DNA of 64,000 bases from Eledone cirrhosa (lineage: Eukaryota). The stretch lies in assembly GCA_964016885.1 (NCBI GenBank), contig OZ024742.1:15004001-15068000 (forward strand). Reading direction: 5' to 3'. Positions 1 through 11,705 of this stretch are shown here, one piece after another (the first letter of the stretch is position 1; each line of letters starts with the position of its first letter). The notes under the pieces are model-generated. The model was not told where the DNA came from. It was given only the letters and a program-made list of their open reading frames with translations, and searched no databases. The position numbers and the translations under genes were made by a program.

Positions 1-3000
1 TGGTCAGTGACTTTACTAGAGGTGGTCAGACTTTACTAGAGATGGACAGTGACTTACTAGAGCTGGTCAGTGACTTACTAGAGCTGGTCAGTGACTTGAC
101 TAGAGGTGGTCAGACTTTACTAGAGGAGGTCAGTGACTTTACTAGAGCTGGTTTGACTTTACTAGAGCTGGTCAGTGACTTTACTAGAGCTGGTCAGTGA
201 CTTTACTAGTGCTGGTCAGTGACTTTACTAGAGCTGGTCAGTGACTTTTCTAGCGATAGTTAGAGACTACTAGAGCTGGTCAGTGACTTTACTAGAGCTG
301 GTCAGTGACTTTACTAGAGCTGGTCAGTGACTTTACTAGTGCTGGTCAGTGACTTTACTAGAGCTGGTCAGTGACTTTACTAGAGCTGGTCAGTGACTTT
401 ACTAGGGCTGGTCAGTGACTTTACTAGTGCTGGTCAGTGACTTTACTAGAGCTGGTCAGAGACTTTACTAGAGGTTGTCACAGACTTTACTAGAGGTTGT
501 CAGAGACTTTACTAGAGCTGGTCAGTGACTTTACTAGAGCTGGTCATAGACTTTACTAGAGCTCTTCAGTGACTTTACTAGAGGTGGTCAGAGACTTTAC
601 TAGGGCTGGTCAGTTACTTTACTAGAGCTGGTCAGTGACTTTACTAGTGCTGGTCAGTGACTTTACTAGAGCTGGTCAGTGACTTTATTAGAGGTTGTCA
701 GAGACTTTACTAGAGCTGGTCAGTGACTTTACTAGAGCTGGTCAGTGACTTTACTAGAGGTGGTCAGAGACTTTACTAGGGCTGGTCAGTGACTTTACTA
801 GGGCTAGTCAGTGACTTTACTAGAGGTGGTCAGACTTTACTATAGGTTGACAACGACTTTACTAGAGGTCGTCAGTGAATTTACTAGAGCTGGTCAGTGA
901 CTTTACTAGAGGTGGTCAGTGACTTTACTAGAGGTGGTCAGAGACATTACTAGTGCTGGTCAGTGACTTTACTAGAGGTCGTCAGTGACTTTATTAGAGC
1001 TGGTCAGTGACTTGACTAGAGGTTGTCAGAAACTTTACTAGAGCTGGTCAGTGACTTTACTAGAGCTGGTCAGTGACTTTACTAGAGGTTGTCAGTGACT
1101 TTACTAGTGCTGGTCAGTGACTTTACTAGAGGTCGTCAGTGACTTTATTAGAGCTGGTCAGTGACTTCACTAGAGCTGGTCAGTGATTTTACTAGAGCTG
1201 GTCAGAGATTTTACTAGAGCTGGTCAGTGACTTTACTAGAGCTGGTCAGTGACTTTACTAGAGCTGGTCAGAGACTTTACTAGAGCTGGTTAGTGACTTT
1301 ATTAGAGCTGGTCAGAGACTTTACTAGGGCTCGTCAGTGACTTTACTAGAGGTGGTCAGAGACTTTACTAGAGCTGGTCAGTGACTTTACTAGAGCTAGT
1401 CAGTGACTTTACTAGAGGTGGTCAGTCTCTACAAGAGGTCGTCAGTGACTTTACTGGAGCTGGTCAGTGACTTCACTAGAGGTGGTCAGTGACTTTACTA
1501 GAGGTGGTCAGAGACATTACTAGAGCTGGTCAGTGACTTTACTAGAGGTGGTCAGACTTTGCTAGAGGTCAGTGACTTTACTAGAGTTGGTCAGAGACAT
1601 TACTAGAGCTGGTCAGTGACTTGACTAGAGGTTATCAGAGATTTTACTAGAGCTGGTCAGTGATTTTACTAGAGGTGGTCAGAGACTTTACTAGAGGTGA
1701 TCAGTGACTTTACTAGAGCTGGTCAGTGGCTTTACTAGACGTGGTCAGTGACTTTACTAGAGGTGGTCAGAGACTTTATTAGAGCTGGTCAGTGACTTTA
1801 CTAGAGGTGGTCAGACTTTACTAGAGGTGGGCAGTAACTTTACTAGAGCTGGTCAGTGACTTGACTAGAGGTGGTCAGACTTTACTAGAGGAGGTCAGTG
1901 ACTTTACTAGATCTGGTCTGACTTTACTAGAGCTGGTCAGTGACTTTTCTAGAGATGGTCAGAGACTTTACTAGAGCTGGTCTGACTTTACTAGAGCTGG
2001 TCAGTGACTTTACTAGAGCTGGTCAGTGACTTTACTAGTTCTGGTCAGTGACTTTATTAGAGGTGGTCAGACTTTACTAGAGGTCAGTAACTTTATTAGA
2101 GCTGGTCAGTGACTTTATTAGAGCTGGTCAGTGACTTTACTAGAGCTGGTCAGTGACTTTACTAGAGGTGGTCAGAGACTTTACTAGAGGTCGTCAGTGA
2201 CTTTACTGGAGGTCGTCAGTGACTTTACTAGGTGGTCAGACTTCACTAGAGGTGGTCAGTGACTTTACTAGAGCTGGTCAGTGACTGTTAGAGGTGGTCA
2301 AACATTACTATAGCTGGTCAGTGAATTGACTAGAGGTTGTCAGAGACTTTACTAGAGCTGGTCAGTGACTTTACTAGAGCTGGTCAGTGACTTTACTAGA
2401 GCTGGTCAGAGACTTTACTAGAGCTCGTCAGTGACTTTACTAGAGGTGGTCAGAGACTTTACTAGAGCTGGTTAGTGACTTTACTAGAGCTAGTCAGTGA
2501 CTTTACTAGAGGTGGTCAGACTCTACTAGAGGTCGTCAGTGACTTTACTAGAGCTGGTCAGTGACTTTACTAGAGGTGGTCAGAGACTTTACTAGAGGTG
2601 GTCAGTGACTTTACTAGAGCTAGTCAGTGACTTTACTAGAGGTGGACAGACTCTACTAGAGGTCGTCAGTGACGTTACTAGAGCTGGTCAGTGACTTTAC
2701 TAGAGGTGGTCAGAGACTTTACTAGAGGTGGTCAGTGACTTTACTAGAGGTTGTCAGACATTACTAGAGCTGGTCAGTGACTTGACTAGAGGTTGTCAGA
2801 CTTTATGAGAGCTGGTCAGTGACTTTACTAGAGGTGGTCAGAGACTTTACTAAAGGTGGACTGACTTACTAGAGCTGGTCAGTGACTTTACTAGAGGTGG
2901 TCAGACTTAATTAGAGATGGTCAGTAACTTTACTAGAGCTGGTCAGTGACTTTACTAGAGCTGGTCAGTGACTTTATTAGAGGTTGTCAGAGACTTTACT

Positions 3001-6000
3001 AGAGCTGGTCAGTGACTTTACTAGAGCTGGTCAGTGACTTTACTAGAGGTGGTCAGAGACTTTACTAGGGCTGGTCAGTGACTTTACTAGAGCTAGTCAG
3101 TGACTTTACTAGAGGTGGTCAGACTTTACTATAGGTTGCCAACGACTTTACTAGAGGTCGTCAGTGAATTTACTAGAGCTGGTCAGTGACTTTACTAGAG
3201 GTGGTCAGTGACTTTACTAGAGGTGGTCAGAGACATTACTAGAGCTGGTCAGTGACTTGACTAGAGGTTGTCAGAAACTTTACTAGAGCTGGTCAGTGAC
3301 TTTGCTAGAGCTGGTCAGTGACTTTACTAGAGGTGGTCAAACTTTACTAGAGCTGGTCAGTGACTTTATTAGAGCTGGTCAGAGACTTTACTAGGGCTCG
3401 TCAGTGACTTTACTAGAGGTGGTCAGAGACTTTACTAGAGCTGGTCAGTGACTTTACTAGAGCTAGTCAGTGACTTTACTAGAGGTGGTCAGTCTCTACA
3501 AGAGGTCGTCAGTGACTTTACTGGAGCTGGTCAGTGACTTTACTAGAGGTGGTCAGTGACTTTACTAGAGGTGGTCAGAGACATTACTAGAGCTGGTCAG
3601 TGACTTTACTAGAGGTGGTCAGACTTTGCTAGAGGTCAGTGACTTTACTAGAGTTGGTCAGAGACATTACTAGAGCTGGTCAGTGACTTGACTAGAGGTT
3701 ATCAGAGATTTTACTAGAGCTGGTCAGTGATTTTACTAGAGGTGGTCAGAGACTTTACTAGAGGTGATCAGTGACTTTACTAGAGCTGGTCAGTGGCTTT
3801 ACTAGACGTGGTCAGTGACTTTACTAGAGGTGGTCAGAGACTTTATTAGAGCTGGTCAGTGACTTTACTAGAGGTGGTCAGACTTTACTAGAGGTGGACA
3901 GTAACTTTACTAGAGCTGGTCAGTGACTTGACTAGAGGTGGTCAGACTTTACTAGAGGAGGTCAGTGACTTTACTAGATCTGGTCTGACTTTACTAGAGC
4001 TGGTCAGTGACTTTTCTAGAGATGGTCAGAGACTTTACTAGAGCTGGTCTGACTTTACTAGAGCTGGTCAGTGACTTTACTAGAGCTGGTCAGTGACTTT
4101 ACTAGTTCTGGTCAGTGACTTTATTAGAGGTGGTCAGACTTTACTAGAGGTCGTCAGTAACTTTATTAGAGCTGGTCAGTGACTTTATTAGAGCTGGTCA
4201 GTGACTTTACTAGAGCTGGTCAGTGACTTTACTAGAGGTGGTCAGAGACTTTACTAGAGGTCGTCAGTGACTTTACTGGAGGTCGTCAGTGACTTTACTA
4301 GGTGGTCAGACTTCACTAGAGGTGGTCAGTGACTTTACTAGAGCTGGTCAGTGACTGTTAGAGGTGGTCAAACACTACTATAGCTGGTCAGTGACTTGAC
4401 TAGAGGTTGTCAGAGACTTTACTAGAGCTGGTCAGTGACTTTACTAGAGCTGGTCAGTGACTTTACTAGAGCTGGTCAGAGACTTTACTAGAGCTCGTCA
4501 GTGACTTTACTAGAGGTGGTCAGAGACTTTACTAGAGCTGGTTAGTGACTTTACTAGTGCTAGTCAGTGACTTTACTAGAGGTGGTCAGACTCTACTAGA
4601 GGTCGTCAGTGACTTTACTAGAGCTAGTCAGTGACTTTACTAGAGGTGGTCAGACTCTACTAGAGGTCGTCAGTGACGTTACTAGAGCTGGTCAGTGACT
4701 TTACTAGAGGTGGTCAGAGACTTTACTAGAGGTGGTCAGTGACTTTACTAGAGGTTGTCAGACATTACTAGAGCTGGTCAGTGACTTGACTAGAGGTTGT
4801 CAGACTTTATGAGAGCTGGTCAGTGACTTTACTAGAGGTGGTCAGAGACTTTACTAAAGGTGGACTGACTTACTAGAGCTGGTCAGTGACTTTACTAGAG
4901 GTGGTCAGACTTAATTAGAGATGGTCAGTAACTTTACTAGAGCTGGTCAGTGACTTGACTAGAGGTGGTCAGACTTTACTAGAGGAGGTCAGTGACTTTA
5001 CTAGAGATGGTCAGAGACTTTACTAGAGTGGTCAGTAACTTTACTAGAGTGGTCAGTGACTTTACTAGAGCTGGTCAGTGACTTTACTAGAGCTGGTCTG
5101 ACTTTACTAGAGCTGGTCAGTGACTTTACCTGAGGTGGTCAGACTTTGCTAGAGGTCGTCTGACTTTACTAGATGTAAGTGACTTTACTAGAGGTGGTCA
5201 GAGACTTTACTAGAGGTTGTCAGTGACTTTACTAGAGCTGGTCAGTGACTTTACTAGAGCTGGTCAGTGACTTTACTAGAGCTGGTCAGTGACTTTAGAG
5301 CTGGTCAGTCACTTTACTAGAGCTGGTCAGTGACTTTACTAGAGGTGGTCAGAGACTTTACTAGAGCTGGTCAGTGACTTTACTAGAGCTGGTCAGTGAC
5401 TTTACTAGTGCTGGTCAGTGACTTTACTAGAGCTGGTCAGTGACTTTTCTAGAGGTTGTCAGAGACTTTACTAGAGCTGGTCAGTGACTTTACTAGAGCT
5501 GGTCTGACTTTACTAGAGCTGGTCACTGTCTTTACTAGAGGTGATCAGAGACTTTACTAGGCTGGTCTGACTTTACTAGGCTGGTCAGTGACTTTACTAG
5601 AGATAGTCAGTGACTTTACTAGAGGTGGTCAGACTTTACTAGAGGTTGTCAGTGACTTTACTAGAGGTCGTCAGTGACTTTACTAGAGCTGGTCTGACTT
5701 TACTAGAGGTGGTCAGTGACTTTACTAGAGCTGGTCAGTGACTTTAGAGCTGGTCAGTCACTTTACTAGAGCTGGTCAGTGACTTTACTAGAGGTGGTCA
5801 GAGACTTTACTAGAGCTGGTCAGTGACTTTACTAGAGCTGGTCAGTGACTTTACTAGTGCTGGTCAGTGACTTTACTAGAGCTGGTCAGTGACTTTTCTA
5901 GAGGTTGTCAGAGACTTTACTAGAGCTGGTCAGTGACTTTACTAGAGCTGGTCTGACTTTACTAGAGCTGGTCACTGTCTTTACTAGAGGTGATCAGAGA

Positions 6001-7937
6001 CTTTACTAGGCTGGTCTGTGACTTTACTAGGCTGGTCAGTGACTTTACTAGAGATAGTCAGTGACTTTACTAGAGGTGGTCAGACTTTACTAGAGGTTGT
6101 CAGTGACTTTACTAGAGGTCGTCAGTGACTTTACTAGAGCTGGTCTGACTTTACTAGAGGTGGTCAGTGAATTTACTAGAGGTGGTCAGAGACATTACTA
6201 GAGCTGGTCAGTGACTTGACTAGAGGTTGTCAGACTTTACTAGAGCTGGTCAGTGACTTTACTAGAGGTGGTCAGAGACTTTACTAGAGGTGGTCAGTTA
6301 CTTTACTAGAGGTGATCAGTGACTTTACTAGAGCTGGTCAGACATTACTAGAGGTGGTCAGTGACTTTACTAGAGGTCGTCTGACTTTACTAGATGTCAG
6401 TGACTTTACTAGAGGTGGTCAGAGACTTTACTAGAGGATGTCAGTGACTTTACTAGAGCTGGTCAGTGACTTTACTAGAGCTGGTCAGTGACTTTACTAG
6501 AGCTGGTCAGTGACTTTACTAGAGCTGGTCAGTGACTTCACTAGAGCTGGTCAGTGACTTTACTAGAGCTGGTCAGAGACTTTACTAGAGGTTGTCAGTG
6601 ACTTTACTAGTGCTGGTCAGTGACTTTAGAGCTGGTCAGTGACTTTACTAGAGCTGGTTAGTGAATTTACTAGAGGTGGTCAGACTTTACTTGAGCTGGT
6701 CAGTGACTTTACTAGAGCTGGTCAGTGACTACTAGAGCTGGTCAGACTTTACTAGAGGTTGTCAGTGACTTTACTAGGGCTGGTGAGAGACTTTACTAGA
6801 GATGGTCAGTGACTTTACTAGAGCTGGTCAGTGACTTTACTAGAGCTGCTCAGTGACTTTACTAGAGCTGGTCAGTGACTTTACTAGAGGTGGTCAGTGA
6901 CTTTACTAGAGGTGGTCAGAGACTTTACTAGAGCTGGTCAGTGACTTTACTAGAGCTGGTCAGTGACTTTACTAGAGCTGGTCAGTGACTTTACTAGAGG
7001 TTGTCAGAGACTTTACTAGAGGTCGTCAGTGACTTTATTAGAGCTGGTCAGTGACTTTACTAGAGCTGGTCAGTGACTTTACTAGTGCTGGTCAGTGACT
7101 TTACTAGAGGTGGTCAGAGACTTTACTAGAGGTGGTCAGTGACTTTACTAGAGCTGGTCAGTGACTTTACTAGTGCTGCTCAGTGACTTTACTAGAGCTG
7201 GTCAGTGACTTTACTAGAGCTGGTCAGTGACTTTACTAGTGCTGGTCAGTGACTTTACTAGAGGTGGTCAGAGACTTTACTAGAGGTGGTCAGAGACTTT
7301 ACTAGAGCTGGTCAGTGACTTTACTAGAGCTGGTCAGTGACTTTACTAGAGGTGGTCAGAGACTTCACTAGAGGTCGTCAGTGACTTTATTAGAGCTGGT
7401 CAGTGACTTTACTAGAGCTGGTCAGTGACTTTACTAGTGCTGGTCAGTGACTTTACTAGAGGTGGTCAGAGACTTTACTAGAGCTGGTCAGTGACTTTAC
7501 TAGAGGTGGTCAGAGACTACTAGAGGTGGACAGTGACTTTACTAGAGCTGGTCAGTGACTTTACTAGAGGTGGTCAGTGACTTTACTAGAGCTGGTCAGT
7601 GACTTTACTAGAGCTGCTCAGTGACTTTACTAGAGCTGGTCAGTGACTTTACTAGAGGTGCTCAGTGACTTTACTAGAGGTGGTCAGAGACTTTACTAGA
7701 GCTGGTCAGTGACTTTACTAGAGGTGGTCAGAGACTACTAGAGGTGGACAGTGACTTTACTAGAGCTGGTCAGTGACCTTACTAGAGGTGGTCAGAGACT
7801 TTACTAGAGATGGTCAGTGACTTTACTAGGGCTGGTCAGTGACTTTACTAGGGCTGGTCAGTGACTTTACTAGAGGTGGTCAGAGACTTTGCTAGAGGTT
7901 GTCAGTGACTTTACTATAGATGGTTAGTGACTTCACT
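1..7937. repeat. 22-bp tandem satellite (consensus TGGTCAGTGACTTTACTAGAGC), roughly 360 units, open at the left window edge
   Basis: Period is directly visible. Common variants are GAGG/GAGC, CAGTGAC/CAGAGAC and 20-bp deletion units. The array ends at ...TGGTTAGTGACTTCACT (~7937). Confidence 0.98.
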
Positions 7938-8082
7938 GTTTTATTCTAATGATGTTTATAAAATCTCAAATGAATGCTTGAATACACTCAAAACTGAAAC
8001 CTAAATTTTATAATCCTCTGGATTAACACTTTGGAAAGGTAGCTTAAACTGTAGAATCAGCTCAGTCGTTTTGAGGTATCAC

Positions 8083-8278
8083 CATCATCATCATCTGCTT
8101 TTTTATGGTTACATGTGTTAGATGAGTTCTCTCCAGTACAGCTTCCCTCTAGTTTTTTTTTCCTGTGTCATCTTTGTGAGCTTCATCATGCTAAGGTCAG
8201 CGTTTAGCACATCTGCTCACATCTATCCTGGTCGTCGTCTTCTGTGGTTTCCATCCACTTGCAACACATGGCATTTTT
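8083..8278 (-). mobile_element. Degenerate 3' end of an RTE-clade LINE with (GAT)n tail
   Basis: (CAT)n at 8083-8094. The minus strand reads KKCHVLQVDGNHRRRRPG..DVLNADL..LT..MT....REAVLERTHLTH, matching the RTE ORF C-terminal G-x-R-x-RGRP region, with stops and frameshifts. Confidence 0.7.
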
Positions 8279-8523
8279 TCATCTTCTTCACTCACTTTAA
8301 TCCTGAGAGGGTCGTGGGGACCAGAGTCCTCAAACACTCCTTCCAGCGGGTCCGGTCAGAACAGAAGAAACCGTCTCCAACTGATCCGACTAGATCCCCA
8401 AGTGAGACCAACCGAGCTTATGGGTGTTATCCAACCATCTTGCTCGAGGTCTACCCCTGGTTCTCCTGCCAGTTGGTTTTGCCCATAAAATCTGCCCAAC
8501 GATTTTTTCCTGATTTTTTCCTG
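8279..8523 (-). mobile_element. Second RTE-like LINE 3' fragment (different subfamily)
   Basis: ORF 8390..8581(-) contains QILWAKPTGRRTRGRPRARWLDN, the RTE C-terminal G-x-R-x-RGRP-x-x-RW-x-D motif. It is followed by a short 3'UTR and a GAA/GAT-like tail near 8279-8290. Confidence 0.7.
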
Positions 8524-8868
8524 AGGCACATGGCTTAGTGGTTAGAGCATTGGCCTTGCAATCAAAAGGTTGTGAGTTCAATTCTCAGACCGGGTGATGT
8601 GTTGTTTCCTTGAGCAAGACACTTTATTTCACATTGCTCCAGTTTACTCAGCTGTAGAAGTGAGATGATAGGGACTGAGATCCATATCATTCCACTGCAA
8701 AGTGGTCGTGGAGGTGCCACGGCAAAAAAGCACCCAGCACTCACTGTAAATGAGGTTGGTGTTAGGAAGGGCATCCAGCTGTAGAAATCAAGCCAGAATC
8801 AGTTCCCGTCCCACCCTTGCAAGCAGGGAAAAAAAGCGGACGTAAGATGAAATGATGATGATGATGAT
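8524..8868 (+). mobile_element. Full-length tRNA-derived SINE with RTE-type 3' end and (ATG)n tail
   Basis: The head has A box TGGCTTAGTGG (8531) and B box GAGTTCAATTC (~8574). The body includes CCTTGAGCAAGACACTTTATTTCAC and GGTTGGTGTTAGGAAGGGCATCCAGCTGTAGAA. The tail is GCGGACGTAAGATGAAATGATGATG. A near-identical inverted copy lies at 23644-23992. Confidence 0.93.
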
Positions 8869-9235
8869 TCTGACCACATGCCCATTTTTTTTCATTTGTA
8901 TATCAAAATAAATATCTTTTTGTGGTAGTTGATAAACACGCATGCTGTCTTTTTGATTTTCATTGTGCTGATATTATCTCTCAAATATTTAATGTCTCAA
9001 AGAGATATTTTCTCTAGTTGAAACTCAATGCTATCCATAGTGATAAAGGAGCTTAATTCATGTCTATGGAAATGGGAAATTTTCTAAATCAACAAAGAAT
9101 TGTGCAAAACAACCACTATTGCTCCGATCAATCGACAAGATCCCCGATCTCGCTCACTTGCTGAGTGGACTGGACCATGTTTCCATTAATCTTTCCATTA
9201 CTGATACTATTTAACTGTCGCAACTCCTGGCAGAA

Positions 9236-9326
9236 GGCTTAGTAGTTAGAGAGTTGGATTTGCAATCGCGAGGTGAGTTCGATTCTTGGACCAGGTGATG
9301 CATCCTTGAGCAAGACATTTATTTCA
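9236..9326 (+). mobile_element. Degenerate 5' part of a related SINE
   Basis: GGCTTAGTAGTTAGAG...TTGCAATCGCGAGGTGAGTTCGATTC...CCTTGAGCAAGACATTTATTTCA aligns by eye with the head of the 8524 SINE. Confidence 0.8.
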
Positions 9327-9461
9327 GAACCACTATACAACAGTTTAAAATATTCTAATCTAAAATATTCCAGTGAAATGAAGTTATTTACTTCCATTTT
9401 TGTATCTCTTGATAATTCATAATAGATATTTTAATGTTTTTCATAAAACCTATTTTTTCAG

Positions 9462-9627
9462 TAATGCTAGTAACTGGCCGAACAAACTAATCATGCAGCT
9501 AATTCCAGTCGACTTCCTGAACCATTTCTCAGAATACTTCACGAATCCAAAGTCTGTCAACTTTCATTTCACTAACACTGACATTGAAGCTATGCGGAGC
9601 CTCTGCCGTATTCTTGGAAATTCTCTT
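9462..9627 (+). CDS. MED25: Internal coding exon of Mediator subunit 25, ACID (PTOV) domain, first of two exons seen
   Basis: Acceptor TATTTTTTCAG| at 9461 and donor |GTAAGT at 9628; the exon starts in phase 2 and ends in phase 0. It translates to NASNWPNKLIMQLIPVDFLNHFSEYFTNPKSVNFHFTNTDIEAMRSLCRILGNSL. I recognise this as homologous to MED25 ACID (W-P-x-KLIMQLIP...V-x-FHFTN-x-D-x-E...L-x-RI-x-GN). Confidence 0.9.
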
Positions 9628-9760
9628 GTAAGTACATATATATACTTGGATCATGTATGGTTGAGTAGAGCATCTTTTTCTTAGTCCTGTTGGAGATAGA
9701 ACAACCTTCTCTACTGTTATGGCTGTAATAAAACATACCCAGTACATGCTGTGAAGTGGT

Positions 9761-10904
9761 TGGCTTTAGGAAGCAAGGTCACTGACATAGATTTGGTAGC
9801 TGTCATTGAGACTAGGATATCCTGGATACATCTAGCTTTAGGAAGCAAGGTCACTGACATAGATTTGGTAGCTGTCATTGAGACTAGGATATCCTGGATA
9901 CATCTAGCTTTAGGAAGCAAGGTCACTGACATAGATTTGGTAGCTGTCATTGAGACTAGGATATCCTGGATACATCTGGCTTTAGGAAGCAAGGTCACTG
10001 ACATAGATTTGGTAGCTGTCATTGAGACTAGGATATCCTGGATACATCTGGCTTTAGGAAGCAAGGTCACTGACATAGATTTGGTAGCTGTCATTGAGAC
10101 TAGGATATCCTGGATACATCTGGCTTTAGGAAGCAAGGTCACTGACATAGATTTGGTAGCTGTCATTGAGACTAGGATATCCTGGATACATCTGGCTTTA
10201 GGAAGCAAGGTCACTGACATAGATTTGGTAGCTGTCATTGAGACTAGGATATCCTGGATACATCTGGCTTTAGGAAGCAAGGTCACTGACATAGATTTGG
10301 TAGCTGTCATTGATACTAGGATATCCTGGATACATCTAGCTTTAGGAAGCAAGGTCACTGACATAGATTTGGTAGCTGTCATTGAGACTAGGATATCCTG
10401 GATACATCTGGCTTTAGGAAGCAAGGTCACTGACATAGATTTGGTAGCTGTCATTGAGACTAGGATATCCTGGATACATCTAGCTTTAGGAAGCAAGGTC
10501 ACTGACATAGATTTGGTAGCTGTCATTGAGACTAGGATATCCTGGATACATCTAGCTTTAGGAAGCAAGGTCACTGACATAGATTTGGTAGCTGTCATTG
10601 AGACTAGGATATCCTGGATACATCTGGCTTTAGGAAGCAAGGTCACTGACATAGATTTGGTAGCTGTCATTGAGACTAGGATATCCTGGATACATCTAGC
10701 TTTAGGAAGCAAGGTCACTGACATAGATTTGGTAGCTGTCATTGAGACTAGGATATCCTGGATACATCTGGCTTTAGGAAGCAAGGTCACTGACATAGAT
10801 TTGGTAGCTGTCATTGAGACTAGGATATCCTGGATACATCTGGCTTTAGGAAGCAAGGACACTGACATAGATTTGGTAGCTGTCATTGAGACTAGGATAT
10901 CCTG
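9761..10904. repeat. 72-bp intronic minisatellite, ~16 near-identical copies
   Basis: Unit TGGCTTTAGGAAGCAAGGTCACTGACATAGATTTGGTAGCTGTCATTGAGACTAGGATATCCTGGATACATC. Variation is limited to a recurrent TAG/TGG change and two single substitutions. It lies inside the intron 9628-11705. Confidence 0.98.
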
Positions 10905-10959
10905 AACACATATGTTTGCAACCATTATTGATGAGGTGAATGTATTTATTGGTTGATCT

Positions 10960-11265
10960 GGATAGAAGTGGTTGATAGCTTCTGCTATATATGTGACATA
11001 ATTAGCAACGATGGAGAGAACTCTGAGACTGATACCTAGGATAGGATGGAAAAAGCTAGTACCACAGTTGACCATAAAACGTTTCTCCCTGTGTACAAAG
11101 GGATGACTGTATGATGCCTGTTTGTGAAGTGTGATGCTGCATGGTAGTGAAAGATGGGCTATAACTGCAGAAGACATGCGTAGACTAGAGAGAAATGAAG
11201 TAACCATGCTTCGTTGGATGTGCAATGCAAGTGTGAGAGAAAGACAGAGCTTGGACGAGTTAGAC
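10960..11265 (+). mobile_element. Decayed internal fragment of an RTE LINE reverse transcriptase/thumb region
   Basis: Reads IEVVDSFCYICDIIS...RIGWKK..LVPQLTIKRFSLCTKG*LYDACL*SVMLHGSERWAITAEDMRRLERNEVTMLRWMCNASVRERQS. This is the RTE FxYLG...LYxxCVxxxMLxGSExW...E..MLRWM signature, with in-frame stops. Confidence 0.88.
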
Positions 11266-11267
11266 AT

Positions 11268-11383
11268 TTTGAGTTCAAATCCTGCTGGGGTTAGCTTTGC
11301 CTTTCATCCTTACGGGGTTGATAAAGTAAAGTACCAGTAATGCACTGGGGTTGATTTAATTGACTTTCCCCTCCCCTTCAAAA
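11268..11383 (+). mobile_element. SINE fragment of a second family (B box plus body)
   Basis: TGAGTTCAAATCC B box followed by CTTTGCCTTTCATCCTTACGGGGTTGATAAAGTAAAGTACCAGT...CACTGGGGTTGATTTAATTGACT, which I recall as an abundant octopus SINE body. Confidence 0.7.
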
Positions 11384-11600
11384 CTACACCTGATGTCCCC
11401 TTTCCATACACATGCACACATCATGACTGTATATCATGCACTGTTCATTTTCCTGACGTTTGTACATTACCCTATGTACTATACATACACTTTTGATGAG
11501 TTGTAGTGCACCTGAGCACTGTACACAATATTTTCATTATTAACCTATGCTAGCGTGGAAGATGGACGTTAAACGATGATGATGATGATTATTATTATCA
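11384..11600 (+). mobile_element. LINE 3'UTR-like fragment with (ATT)n tail, interrupted by a ~48-bp RTE 3' stub (11542-11589)
   Basis: ...GTTGTAGTGCACCTGAGCACTGTACACAATATTTTCATTATT|AACCTATGCTAGCGTGGAAGATGGACGTTAAACGATGATGATGATGAT|TATTATTATC. The stub resembles the 61-bp insert in the large satellite. Confidence 0.6.
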
Positions 11601-11705
11601 TATCCATACTTCTTTTAGTCTCATACTTCATATCTATATAATACTATTATTTGTCTTAACTGTCCACTGCCTGGAATTCGTTCATCCCTTGTCTTCTATT
11701 TCCAG

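Noticed and set aside
8524-8595. Functional tRNA gene
   Set aside because: It has A and B boxes but no closing acceptor stem or oligo-T terminator, and continues into a SINE body and tail.
8122-8774. ORFs 8122..8538 and 8562..8774 (and 23740..23979)
   Set aside because: They are antisense readings of RTE fragments and SINEs.
9717-11267. 516-aa (-) and 384-aa (+) repeat-protein ORFs
   Set aside because: They are by-products of a 72-bp stop-free minisatellite plus an RTE fragment, and lie inside a GT-AG intron.
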